From: a virus
Lineage: Duplodnaviria > Caudoviricetes
Reading direction: 5' to 3' (one strand)
Length of the DNA stretch: 40,958 nucleotides
Virus record (IMG/VR): IMGVR_UViG_3300025836_000014
Coordinates: 1-40,958 of that record
Shown: piece by piece, positions 6,341 to 14,786 of the stretch
Position numbering within the stretch: position 1 is the stretch's first letter
How the letters are laid out: the number at the start of each line of letters is the position of its first letter
Position numbers and translations under genes: made by a program
The notes under the pieces: model-generated
What the model saw: the letters and a program-made list of their open reading frames with translations, nothing else
What the model was told of the DNA's origin: nothing
The model's database searches: none

Positions 6341-7653
6341 CCATCCAGCAGTGGCAGCCGCCGCAGGCCGCCGTCCCCACGATCCCGTCTTCCGTGGTCC
6401 GGTTGGTTGACGCGTTCCAAGAGTCTGAGGCTGCGTTCGCGCTCGCCGAACGGCTCGTGCAGACATCGTTCTGCCCGACCGCGTTCCGTGGGCGGCCGGG
6501 CGAGGCGGCGGCCGCGATGATGGCCGGATCCGAGATCGGGTTGTCTCCGCTCGCAGCGTTGGGCGCGTTCGATGTGATCGAGGGCCGGGCCGCTGCTCGG
6601 GCGATCACGCTCCGCGCCGTCGTACAGGCCCGCGGCCACGAGATCGTGCTCGTCGAGTCGTCCGATACCAAGTGCAAGATGAAAGGCCGCCGGGCGGGTT
6701 CGGAAGAGTGGCAAACCGTCCTATGGACGATCGACCGCGCCAAGCTCGCCAACCTCGTGAACAACCCCAAGAAACCCCAGTGGACCAACTGGCCGGCGGC
6801 GATGCTGGTTGCCCGATGCACGTCGGAGCTTGCTCGGCTGATCGCAGCGGACGCGCTGCTCGGATTGGCCGGCGGCTATTCGTCGGAGGAGATCGCGGAC
6901 GGGTTCGACGACTCGTCGACTGTGCAGGTCGTACAGGCCCCGCAGGAGCCGCGCCGGACGTTGGCCTACAGTCGCCCGGCTCAAGCGCCCGTCGACGCGC
7001 AGGAGGTCGTCCAGGACGCGGAGGTCATCGACGCCGAGACGGGTGAGGTCACCGAGCCCGCACCGGCGCAGCGTCGTACCCTCACGCGCCGGCGTCCGAC
7101 ACAGGAGCCCGATCCGGTCGAGGAGAAGCAGACCGAGATCCGTGACCTGAAGGCCGAGCTGCAGGAGATCCGCGACGAGGCCGCCCCTGACGCGTCCGAA
7201 CCGGTACATGACGGCAGCAAGCTCACGACAACGCAGCGCGGCAAGATCCTCGCGATGTTCACCGGCCTGGAGATCACCGACCGGGACGAACGGCTCCAGT
7301 ACATGACCAAGATCGTCGGCCACGAGGTCGATTCGACGAACCATCTGTCGAAGTGGGACGCGCACGTGATCATCGAGCACCTCGAGCTGATCGGCGACCC
7401 GATCGATGCCCGGAACCAGATCAACGACGACGACGCGATCGAGGTCGCCGAGGAGCCGGGGCCCGTCAGCCCGGACCAGCTCGCGCGCCTGGGTGCGCTC
7501 ATGACGGCGGCTGGTCTCACCAAGGCAGAAATGCTCGCCGAAGCACGGCGGATCGCAGGCCACGACCTGACACATTCCACCGACATGACCGCTCCCGAGG
7601 CGGATCGTCTGGCCGAGTACCTGGCTGGCGTCATCGAGCCCGAGACCGACTGA
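6337..7653 (+). CDS. RecT-like ssDNA-annealing protein with long C-terminal extension
   Basis: TSFCPTAFRGRP...GSEIGLSPLAAL...VIEGR...WTIDRAK...W..WPAAMLVARC.SE.AR....D.LLGL, typical of actinophage RecT-like proteins. Confidence 0.8.
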   Translation: MTIQQWQPPQAAVPTIPSSVVRLVDAFQESEAAFALAERLVQTSFCPTAFRGRPGEAAAAMMAGSEIGLSPLAALGAFDVIEGRAAARAITLRAVVQARGHEIVLVESSDTKCKMKGRRAGSEEWQTVLWTIDRAKLANLVNNPKKPQWTNWPAAMLVARCTSELARLIAADALLGLAGGYSSEEIADGFDDSSTVQVVQAPQEPRRTLAYSRPAQAPVDAQEVVQDAEVIDAETGEVTEPAPAQRRTLTRRRPTQEPDPVEEKQTEIRDLKAELQEIRDEAAPDASEPVHDGSKLTTTQRGKILAMFTGLEITDRDERLQYMTKIVGHEVDSTNHLSKWDAHVIIEHLELIGDPIDARNQINDDDAIEVAEEPGPVSPDQLARLGALMTAAGLTKAEMLAEARRIAGHDLTHSTDMTAPEADRLAEYLAGVIEPETD

Positions 7654-7769
7654 GACCGCCGGGCCCGTCGACGCGGGGAAGCACCGTCCCCAGAGCGGTG
7701 GCGCCCGGGCCCGGCTCCTACTTCCGTCCCTCATCTGAGGGCCGAAATCACGCAACTCGAAGGATCGTC

Positions 7770-8243
7770 ATGAGTCCCACGTACGCAGCGAAGACCAGCG
7801 TCAGCTGGAAGTCGTCACGCGAAGAGATCGAGCGCACCCTCACGCGCTACGGCGCGAACCAGTTCATGACCGGCTGGAGCGAGGGCGGCGCGATGGTCGC
7901 GTTCTCCGCTCGCTCTCGCCAGTTCCGCTTCATGCTGCCGCTGCCTGACCAGCGCTCACGCAAGTTCACCCACACGACGGCGAGGGGGGTCGAGCGCAGC
8001 CCGCTCGAAGCCGAGAAGGCCTACGACCAGGCCGTACGGCAGCGGTGGCGTGCTCTCGCGCTGGTCATCAAAGCGAAGCTCGAAGCGGTCGAGGCCGGGA
8101 TCTCCGACTTCGAGGAGGAGTTCCTCGCGCACATCATCCTGCCGAACGGCCGCACGGTCGCCGAGGAGACGATCCCCGGCATCACCCAGATGTACGAGGG
8201 CGGCGCGATACGTCCGCTCCTCGAACTCACCCCAGGTTCGTAA
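7770..8243 (+). CDS. Conserved phage hypothetical protein (157 aa)
   Basis: YAAKTSVS...SREEIERTL.RYGA...RQRWRALALVIKAKLEAVEAGI..FEEEFLAHI.LPNG.TV; GAAGGA RBS. Confidence 0.8.
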   Translation: MSPTYAAKTSVSWKSSREEIERTLTRYGANQFMTGWSEGGAMVAFSARSRQFRFMLPLPDQRSRKFTHTTARGVERSPLEAEKAYDQAVRQRWRALALVIKAKLEAVEAGISDFEEEFLAHIILPNGRTVAEETIPGITQMYEGGAIRPLLELTPGS

Positions 8244-8274
8244 CACCCAACCCAACGAAAGGACCCGTGGCACC

Positions 8275-8700
8275 ATGCCCAACTCCATCGCACTCTCAGG
8301 CCAGCTCCCGAACGACGAGAAGCACAACGGCCTGCTCGGCTGGAATGACCAGCTCGTCGACAAGGGCAAGGACGCACGCCTGTTCGCCCTCGTCGTCTTC
8401 GACGTGCCCACGATCAAGATCAAGACCGAGGACGGCTCCGAGATGGCCATCGTCCGCCTCCGCCACATCGAGCCCGTCGGCTGGCTCGAGGACGCCAACC
8501 CTGACCTGGTCAAGCTGATGACCAAGCTCGGCACCGACCGTGAGGGCGGCGAGCCGCTACCCGGCGTCGACGGCTCCGAGGATGAGGAAGCCGAGGTGTA
8601 CGCGACCGGGCCCGACGACGACCCGAACCGGGCGACCAAGCTCAAGCGGGCTCACCTCGCTCCTGTTCAGCCGATCTTTTCCGAAGACGAGGCTGAGTGA
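8275..8700 (+). CDS. Hypothetical protein (141 aa)
   Basis: GAAAGGA RBS; MPNSIALSGQLP... Confidence 0.75.
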   Translation: MPNSIALSGQLPNDEKHNGLLGWNDQLVDKGKDARLFALVVFDVPTIKIKTEDGSEMAIVRLRHIEPVGWLEDANPDLVKLMTKLGTDREGGEPLPGVDGSEDEEAEVYATGPDDDPNRATKLKRAHLAPVQPIFSEDEAE

Positions 8701-8924
8701 TGGCCGACACCCGCGCCGAGCACCTCGCATGGTGCAAGGAACGCGCCCTGGCCTACGTCGACCAGGGCGACGCCGTGAACGCGTGGAGTTCGTTCGTCTC
8801 CGACCTCCGGAAGCACCCCGAGACTCACGATCACGCCGCACTCGAACTCGGGACCATGCTCGCGTTCACCGGGCACCTCAGCACAGTCAAGGACGTGCGT
8901 GACTTCATCAACGGGTGCAACTGA
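8697..8924 (+). CDS. Conserved phage hypothetical protein
   Basis: RAEHLAWCKERALAYVDQGD...SDLRKHPET; coupled. Confidence 0.75.
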   Translation: MMADTRAEHLAWCKERALAYVDQGDAVNAWSSFVSDLRKHPETHDHAALELGTMLAFTGHLSTVKDVRDFINGCN

Positions 8925-9211
8925 TGGCCGCCCTGAAACTCGACCACATCACCCCTCGCGCGGCACTCGCGGAGGCCGACCGTCTTCACGAGGAGGCCGA
9001 GAAGTGCCGCGCCGTCGGCGAGACCGTCGGCGACAGGCACGACTGCTTCTGGGTCTTGAAGTGGCAGGAGTGCGTCGTGGCCATCCCGGAGGATCTGCTG
9101 GTCAAGTGGCTCAGTCTCGCCGCCACGGTGGCGACTGACCTCGAGATGCAGGCCACCTACATCGAAGGCCGCGTGCGGGTCGTGCAGCCGACCGAGGATG
9201 TGCCGTTCTGA
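8924..9211 (+). CDS. Hypothetical protein ending in an SSB-like tip (EDVPF)
   Basis: TGATG coupling on both sides; C-terminus QPTEDVPF. Confidence 0.7.
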   Translation: MAALKLDHITPRAALAEADRLHEEAEKCRAVGETVGDRHDCFWVLKWQECVVAIPEDLLVKWLSLAATVATDLEMQATYIEGRVRVVQPTEDVPF

Positions 9212-9627
9212 TGGCCGGCTTCGACCTCGACGCGGTCAAGGCGCGACTGGCGCATGTGACTCCTGGGCGCTGGGAGGCGTCCCGTACGGCCGACACCGAA
9301 GAGACGTCGCTGGAGTGGCTCAAGGCGTGCCTGATCGTTCCCGACTCGCCCGCGAAGAACATACTCCACGTCATCTGGGCAACCGATCAGCCCGGCGTCA
9401 TCATCCCCGCCGTGACGGGCGATGGCCCTACGTCGTCGCAGAACGCCGAGTTCATCGCGCACGCGCCTGAGGACATCGCGGCCATGGTCGCCGCGATCGA
9501 GCGCGCCATCTTCGAGCTCAACCGGATCCCGGAGTACGCCTACACCGGCCACACCCCGACGTGCCAGGGCGAGCCGGGCTGCCCGCTCTGCCGCGCGCTG
9601 GCCGTCCTCCGAGGGTTGGCCGACTGA
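9211..9627 (+). CDS. Ead/Ea22-like protein
   Basis: DLDAVKARL..VTPGRW...NAEFIAHAPEDIAAMVAAIER. Confidence 0.7.
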   Translation: MAGFDLDAVKARLAHVTPGRWEASRTADTEETSLEWLKACLIVPDSPAKNILHVIWATDQPGVIIPAVTGDGPTSSQNAEFIAHAPEDIAAMVAAIERAIFELNRIPEYAYTGHTPTCQGEPGCPLCRALAVLRGLAD

Positions 9628-9629
9628 CC

Positions 9630-10256
9630 ATGTCCCTCGACCTCAAGGCGATCAGAGCCGAGTACGAAGCGGAGATCGCGCAGCCTGGCTGCACCGCCTA
9701 CCGCCTCGACACGTTCGCGGCTCTGCTCGCTGAGGCCGAGCGGCTCTACCTGGTCATGCACCCGGGCAGGTTCGTCACTCTCAAGGTGAAGGGCGTTGCC
9801 GTCCCGCAGGGCAGTTACACCTGTGTGGGCGCGGGGATGCGGACGAACAAGAAGGGCAAGCAGGTCGCCGCGCACAACGTCCAGCCAGCCAACAAGGACG
9901 ACCTGTACCCGTGGCGCAAGAAGGTCGCGGCGGCGGCCCGGATCGCCGCCGCGAGGTACGGCCAGTACGTCGTCCACGACCCGGTACGCGTCGACCTGAC
10001 GTTCACCATCGCCCGGCCGCCGTCCGTCACCCGTGACTGGCCGTCCGTGTATCCCGACGTCGACAAGTACGTCCGCGCGATCTACGACGGCCTGACCGAG
10101 GGCGGCGTGTGGAACGACGACGGGCAGGCCCTCGGCGGCCTGATCTGGAAGACCTACCCCGACATGGCGGCGTGGTGCCCGATCCCCGAAGACGTCTTGG
10201 ACGTCCCTGGCGTTGTGATCCGGCTGTCCGACGTCGCAGCCAACCGACTCATCTAG
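9630..10256 (+). CDS. rusA: RusA-like Holliday junction resolvase
   Basis: VKGVAVPQGS...WRKKV...PDVDKYVRAIYDGLT..GVWNDDGQ catalytic Asp/Lys motif. Confidence 0.85.
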   Translation: MSLDLKAIRAEYEAEIAQPGCTAYRLDTFAALLAEAERLYLVMHPGRFVTLKVKGVAVPQGSYTCVGAGMRTNKKGKQVAAHNVQPANKDDLYPWRKKVAAAARIAAARYGQYVVHDPVRVDLTFTIARPPSVTRDWPSVYPDVDKYVRAIYDGLTEGGVWNDDGQALGGLIWKTYPDMAAWCPIPEDVLDVPGVVIRLSDVAANRLI

Positions 10257-10265
10257 GAGACCACC

Positions 10266-10646
10266 ATGCCCATGCTTCCGTACGGAACGCACCTCGCACT
10301 GCACGACGTCGAAGTCGAACGCGCCCAGCAGAACCTGAAGTGGGGGGAGCGGAACCACCCCGACGGCACCGGGCCCGACGTCTACTGGACCGACAGCCTC
10401 GGCAACTGCCAGGACGCCAAAGAGGTCGCCGAGCTCGCGACCGAACGTTGCCAGGAGCACTTCGACGTCGACCACACCGGAACGTGGCTCGACATCGCCC
10501 TTGAGGAGGTCGCGGAGGCCTTCGCGGAGTGCGATCCGAGCCGCCTGCGCGCCGAGCTCGTACAGGCAGCCGCCGTGTTGGTCGCGTGGATCGAAGCGAT
10601 CGACCGCAACCTCGCACTGATCAGCGTCAACCCAAACCAGGAGTAA
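10266..10646 (+). CDS. MazG-like all-alpha NTP pyrophosphatase-fold protein
   Basis: ERAQQNLKWGE.NHPDGTG...LEEVAEAF...LRAELVQAAAV..AWIEAID; AGGAG RBS. Confidence 0.65.
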   Translation: MPMLPYGTHLALHDVEVERAQQNLKWGERNHPDGTGPDVYWTDSLGNCQDAKEVAELATERCQEHFDVDHTGTWLDIALEEVAEAFAECDPSRLRAELVQAAAVLVAWIEAIDRNLALISVNPNQE

Positions 10647-10652
10647 CCCGCC

Positions 10653-12050
10653 ATGTCCACCACGAACCGCATCGACCCCATTCAGATGATCAACGTCGAC
10701 CGCATCGACCCGCACCCGCTGAACCCACGCCACGACCTCGGCGACCTCGGCGACCTGGTCAAGTCGATCAAGGCGCAGGGCATCCGGCAGAACCTGCTCC
10801 TCGTCCCGAACGGCACCAGCGACACCGTCGACGAGGACGGCACGATCCGTCACGCCACCCGCTACACCGTCGTCATCGGGCACCGCAGGTTGGCGGCCGC
10901 GAAGATCGCGAAGCTCGACCAGGTCCCGGTCTCGATCGACCGCACCCTTGATGAGGCCCAGCAGCTGGAGCTGATGCTTGTCGAGAACCTGCAGCGGACC
11001 GACCTGACGCCGATCGAGGAGGGCGAAGGGTTCCAAGGCCTGCTGAACCTCGGCGTGACCGAGGCCGGGATCTCGAAGGCGATCGGCATCGGGTCGAAGA
11101 CGATCAAGAGCCGTCTCCAGCTGCTGACACTCCCGGAGGTCGCACGGATCCGGATCCACGAGGGCCAAGGGTCGCTCGTCGACGCGGTCACGCTCGAAGG
11201 GTTCGCCGACGACGAGACGCTGCAGGTCGAGCTCGCGGAGTTCCTGGGGACGGTGAACTTCGCCGTGAAGGTGCAGGCGGCGAAGGACCGCAGGAAGCAT
11301 GAGCGGGCTCAGCAGCCGATCGTGGATGCCCTGGTGGCACGTGGTGCTGTCGAGCATGTCCGCGGACCTGGCTCCGACGGCATCGATCGGAAGTACAGCG
11401 GTCAGGCCGCGACGGTCGAGGAGGCTGACGCGCTCGATGTGCCGGAAGGGTCGACCTACGAGCGTTCCGGGTGGTCGGACACAGTCAGCGTGTTCGTGCC
11501 TATGGCTCGGACCGACGAGGAGAAGGCCGGAGCCGCCGCCGCTCGCGAAGCTGAAGAGGCCCGTTGGAAGGCCGACCTCGATGCTCGCGATGCCCTCCGC
11601 GCCGAGCAGGCCGCCGCGTACGCCGTTCGTGACCAGTGGGTGAAGGAGTTCACCGGCCGCGCCAAGCCGACCGCGAAGGAGACGACGGCAATCCTCGCCG
11701 GCGTCGCCTCCCTGGCCCTGGTCAGCCACCTGCAGTACTCGAACGTCGGCACCTGGCTCGGCCTCGAGGGAATGGCCTCATGGGACCGGGGGAAGTGCTC
11801 CAAGAAGGCGCAGGCATGGCAAGCCGGAAAGACTCCCGGCGCCGTCCTGGTGCTGTGGCTGCACCTGACCATCGGCAAGGACGTCAGCGGGGCCCACGTC
11901 GGGGCGTACGACGCGCTGCAGGCGTGCGGTTACGTCCCATCCGACTTCGAGCTCGGGCACGTCTACGGGGCTCCTGTCGTCGTAGACGAGGAGTTTGACG
12001 AGGACGGCGACTTCGGCGAAGACGACAGGGAGGACGACCCGCTCGGGTAA
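10653..12050 (+). CDS. ParB/Spo0J-like protein
   Basis: IDPHPLNPR...LVKSIKAQGIRQNL...GHRRLAAA...ENLQRTDLTPIEE, then an HTH and an acidic C-tail. Confidence 0.88.
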   Translation: MSTTNRIDPIQMINVDRIDPHPLNPRHDLGDLGDLVKSIKAQGIRQNLLLVPNGTSDTVDEDGTIRHATRYTVVIGHRRLAAAKIAKLDQVPVSIDRTLDEAQQLELMLVENLQRTDLTPIEEGEGFQGLLNLGVTEAGISKAIGIGSKTIKSRLQLLTLPEVARIRIHEGQGSLVDAVTLEGFADDETLQVELAEFLGTVNFAVKVQAAKDRRKHERAQQPIVDALVARGAVEHVRGPGSDGIDRKYSGQAATVEEADALDVPEGSTYERSGWSDTVSVFVPMARTDEEKAGAAAAREAEEARWKADLDARDALRAEQAAAYAVRDQWVKEFTGRAKPTAKETTAILAGVASLALVSHLQYSNVGTWLGLEGMASWDRGKCSKKAQAWQAGKTPGAVLVLWLHLTIGKDVSGAHVGAYDALQACGYVPSDFELGHVYGAPVVVDEEFDEDGDFGEDDREDDPLG

Positions 12051-12075
12051 GTAAGCCCGCTCTTACTTACTTACC
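12047..12075. repeat. Inverted repeat of GTAA units at the end of the ParB-like gene
   Basis: GTAAGTAAG-CCCGCT-CTTACTTAC, followed by TTACC. Confidence 0.8.
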
Positions 12076-12106
12076 TCCCCGTCGGCGCCCCGAGAAAGAC
12101 CCTGCC

Positions 12107-12388
12107 ATGACTCAACCGCTCACCACCACTCAAGGCCTGCTCCAGTGGGAGAAGGACCTACTCACCACCCGTTGGCGCCCTGAGGAAGATCCAACCCACA
12201 CCTGCCTCACGCCGCGAGGTCGCGCGCCCTACGTCTGCCTCCGGATCCGCATCGTCCGGTACCGACTTGTCTCCCCGTCTTGGGTCGTCACCTGCCTCGA
12301 CTGCTCCTGGACCGAGTCGCACGACATCGCGCAGCAGGCCGCCAACTCTGGCCGCGTGCACACCGCGAACCACGGGGGTCGGTCATGA
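12107..12388 (+). CDS. Hypothetical protein with CxxC...H motif
   Basis: VTCLDCSW...H; ATGA overlap with the next gene. Confidence 0.6.
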   Translation: MTQPLTTTQGLLQWEKDLLTTRWRPEEDPTHTCLTPRGRAPYVCLRIRIVRYRLVSPSWVVTCLDCSWTESHDIAQQAANSGRVHTANHGGRS

Positions 12389-12870
12389 GCACCTACCGCT
12401 ACCAGCTCACTCGGGACCTTGAACCCGAACGCATCAGCGGAGACTGGAATCTGTACTGGATCATGCTGAACCCGTCGACGGCTGACGAGGAGCTCGACGA
12501 TCCGACGATCCGACGAGTCAAGGGGTTCACTGCTCGGCTCGGCTTCTCCCGGTTGACGGTGGTCAACCTGTATGGCTTGCGGGCAACCTCGCCGGCGGAC
12601 CTGTGGACAGCCGACGATCCGATCGGGCCGGAGAACGACCTCGCAGTGAAGCAAGCCGCCTTGCACGCGGCTTACTTCAGCTCGCCGATCGTCGCCGCAT
12701 GGGGCGCGCTCGCCCGACCGAAGCGCGTGGAGGAAGTCCTCGCCCTGATCCGCGGCGTTCGCGCCATGGGCCTCCTGTCCTGCCTCGGTACGACGAACTC
12801 GGGAGCGCCGCGGCACCCGCTCTACCTGCGTAGCGATGCGCCGCTCGTGCCATGGCCGGAGGCGTCATGA
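12385..12870 (+). CDS. DUF1643 domain protein
   Basis: YRYQLTR...IMLNPSTAD...DDPTIRR...VNLY..RATSP..L...IGPEND...AWG...G.PRHPLYL. Confidence 0.88.
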   Translation: MSTYRYQLTRDLEPERISGDWNLYWIMLNPSTADEELDDPTIRRVKGFTARLGFSRLTVVNLYGLRATSPADLWTADDPIGPENDLAVKQAALHAAYFSSPIVAAWGALARPKRVEEVLALIRGVRAMGLLSCLGTTNSGAPRHPLYLRSDAPLVPWPEAS

Positions 12871-13415
12871 CCGACTTCCCGCTCACACCCGGCGAGGCGA
12901 TCGTGCTCGCGACGTTCCTCGAGGAACATGCGAAGCTCCCGCACCTGGTCGCGCTCGCCGGCAGGCTCCGCATGTGGGCACGCGTCGAGCTGGCGCAGAT
13001 CGACGAGGAGCAGGGTCCGTATGAGCCCGCCGGCGGAGTGAGCGACCCCGATCACCCCCGCGACGCGAACGCGCCGAGTGACATCGGGCCGAATGTTATT
13101 CAGGCGGATGTCACCCACAATCCGTGGATCATCGCCTGCGACGGAGGAGTCTCGTCCACTCCAGACATGAGCGCACAGTCGCGCAAGATCTGGCGTGAGA
13201 CGGCAGCGCTGCTCGCACGGGGCTACAACGCCGGTCCGATCATCCTCGACGAGACGCAGGACTGGCCATCGGGAGTCGGTGGTTCGCAGTGCGAAGGGTG
13301 CGGCCAGACCACCATCGTCCGAGGGTTCGGCGACGACATGCTCGGCGAACCGACCGTGTACCTCTGCAAGCCCTGCGCGACCGGAAGCACCGACGATGAC
13401 GAGGTGCAGCCGTGA
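12867..13415 (+). CDS. Hypothetical protein with C-terminal CxxC...CxxC
   Basis: GGAGG RBS, ATGA overlap; CEGC...CKPC. Confidence 0.65.
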   Translation: MTDFPLTPGEAIVLATFLEEHAKLPHLVALAGRLRMWARVELAQIDEEQGPYEPAGGVSDPDHPRDANAPSDIGPNVIQADVTHNPWIIACDGGVSSTPDMSAQSRKIWRETAALLARGYNAGPIILDETQDWPSGVGGSQCEGCGQTTIVRGFGDDMLGEPTVYLCKPCATGSTDDDEVQP

Positions 13416-13696
13416 ACGGCCCGGTCGAGCTGCTGTCGCTCGAGTTCACGATCAAGACCGCGCCCAAGCGACCTCGCTACCTCGGAACGGTCATCAGATC
13501 CGTCACCTGGGCGCTGTCCGTCTGGGATGACGGCAAGGTCAACTATCGACTGTCCGTCGCGGGTGGATGGCACGACTACTACGTCGCCGATGGCAAGAGC
13601 CTCACTGAGGTGTTCACACACACACCGGACTGGGTACCCCTACCTCCCGCTGGTTGGGACGCGAGCCTCAACGCCCTCAAGGCGGTGACCCGATGA
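13412..13696 (+). CDS. Hypothetical protein
   Basis: GAGG RBS; GTGA overlap. Confidence 0.65.
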   Translation: MNGPVELLSLEFTIKTAPKRPRYLGTVIRSVTWALSVWDDGKVNYRLSVAGGWHDYYVADGKSLTEVFTHTPDWVPLPPAGWDASLNALKAVTR

Positions 13697-13788
13697 ACGG
13701 CCATGACCCGCGCGTCGGCGTCTGGATCGTCGTCCTGTTCGTGGTCGCCCTGGTCGTCATCCTCGTCGAGTTCAGCGGTGCAGTGTGA
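13693..13788 (+). CDS. Small membrane peptide (31 aa)
   Basis: MNGHDPRVGVWIVVLFVVALVVILVEFSGAV; overlaps both neighbours by 4 nt. Confidence 0.6.
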   Translation: MNGHDPRVGVWIVVLFVVALVVILVEFSGAV

Positions 13789-14786
13789 CCGGAACCTGCA
13801 TGCGATGCGGCCGAACGGGTATCCTTGCGCGCGTCGACCTCTGCCGCCCGTGCTACCAGACCCTCTACCGCGCCGGAACACTCCCAGTCGCCCCACAGCG
13901 CCCGTCAGGGACCCGCACGACCTGCCCGCACCCCGCCGGGCACCAACACGGCACCCGCACCGCGTACATCCTCGACAAGTGCCGCTGCGACCCCTGCCGG
14001 ACAGCCAACCGTGACGCCGAGCGGGTGCGGTCACGCCAGCACCTCTACGGACGCTCCAAGCAGGCCGCCGCCGAGCAGATACGTCAGCACGTCCTCGAGC
14101 TCGGCCGGCAGGGTATGGGCTGGAAGTATGTCGCCTCCGCCGGCGGCGTCGCACCGTCGACCGTCAGCAACCTCCTGTACGGGCGCTACCCCTCCGACCC
14201 GAGCCACGTCGACTACCGGCCCCCGGCGATCAGGATCAACACTGACGCGGCCGCGCGGCTCCTGGCTGTACGTCTCATGCACGCCCCTCACACGCCCATC
14301 GACAGCACCGGGACGCGACGACGCCTCCAGGCGCTCGTAACCCTCGGCTGGTCCGTCTCTGAGCTCGGCAGGCGCCTCGACAAGACCCCGTCCAACATGC
14401 ACACGATGCTCCAGGCCGCGATGATCCTGGAAGCCACCAGGCGCCGCGTGGTGGCCTTGTACGACGAGCTATGGGACACGCCGCGCATCGGTGCCACGCA
14501 CCACGAGCGGGTGGCGGTAAGTCGCGCGAAAAACTACGCGGCCGCACACCGCTGGGCGCCTCCGCTCGCCTGGGACGACGACACGATCGACGACCCCGAC
14601 GCGACCCCTGAGGGGATGCTCGCTGTACGGCCGCTGAGCATTCACGAGCAGGTCGTCGAGCTACTGGAGATCGGGTGCAGCGTGACGGAACTCCCGTCAC
14701 GGGTTGGGGCGCGCAACCTGATCGCCGTCATCGGCGCCATCCGTGACCCGCAGCTGAAGGTTGAGCTACGGAGGCGGGCCTCGTGA
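13785..14786 (+). CDS. Multi-HTH DNA-binding protein with Cys motifs
   Basis: HGTRTAY...CRCDPC; HTH GMGWKYVA..GGVAPSTVSNLLYG; GTRRRLQALVTLGWS...; WAPPLAWDDDTIDDP. Common actinophage architecture. Confidence 0.8.
   Translation: MTGTCMRCGRTGILARVDLCRPCYQTLYRAGTLPVAPQRPSGTRTTCPHPAGHQHGTRTAYILDKCRCDPCRTANRDAERVRSRQHLYGRSKQAAAEQIRQHVLELGRQGMGWKYVASAGGVAPSTVSNLLYGRYPSDPSHVDYRPPAIRINTDAAARLLAVRLMHAPHTPIDSTGTRRRLQALVTLGWSVSELGRRLDKTPSNMHTMLQAAMILEATRRRVVALYDELWDTPRIGATHHERVAVSRAKNYAAAHRWAPPLAWDDDTIDDPDATPEGMLAVRPLSIHEQVVELLEIGCSVTELPSRVGARNLIAVIGAIRDPQLKVELRRRAS

Noticed and set aside
9540-11729. Long antisense or alternate-frame ORFs (also 6721-7755, 21786-22922, 23066-24220, 27854-29707, 30146-31420, and the 5' part of 33080-35137)
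   Set aside because: Shadow ORFs of high-GC coding genes, with no motifs or RBS.
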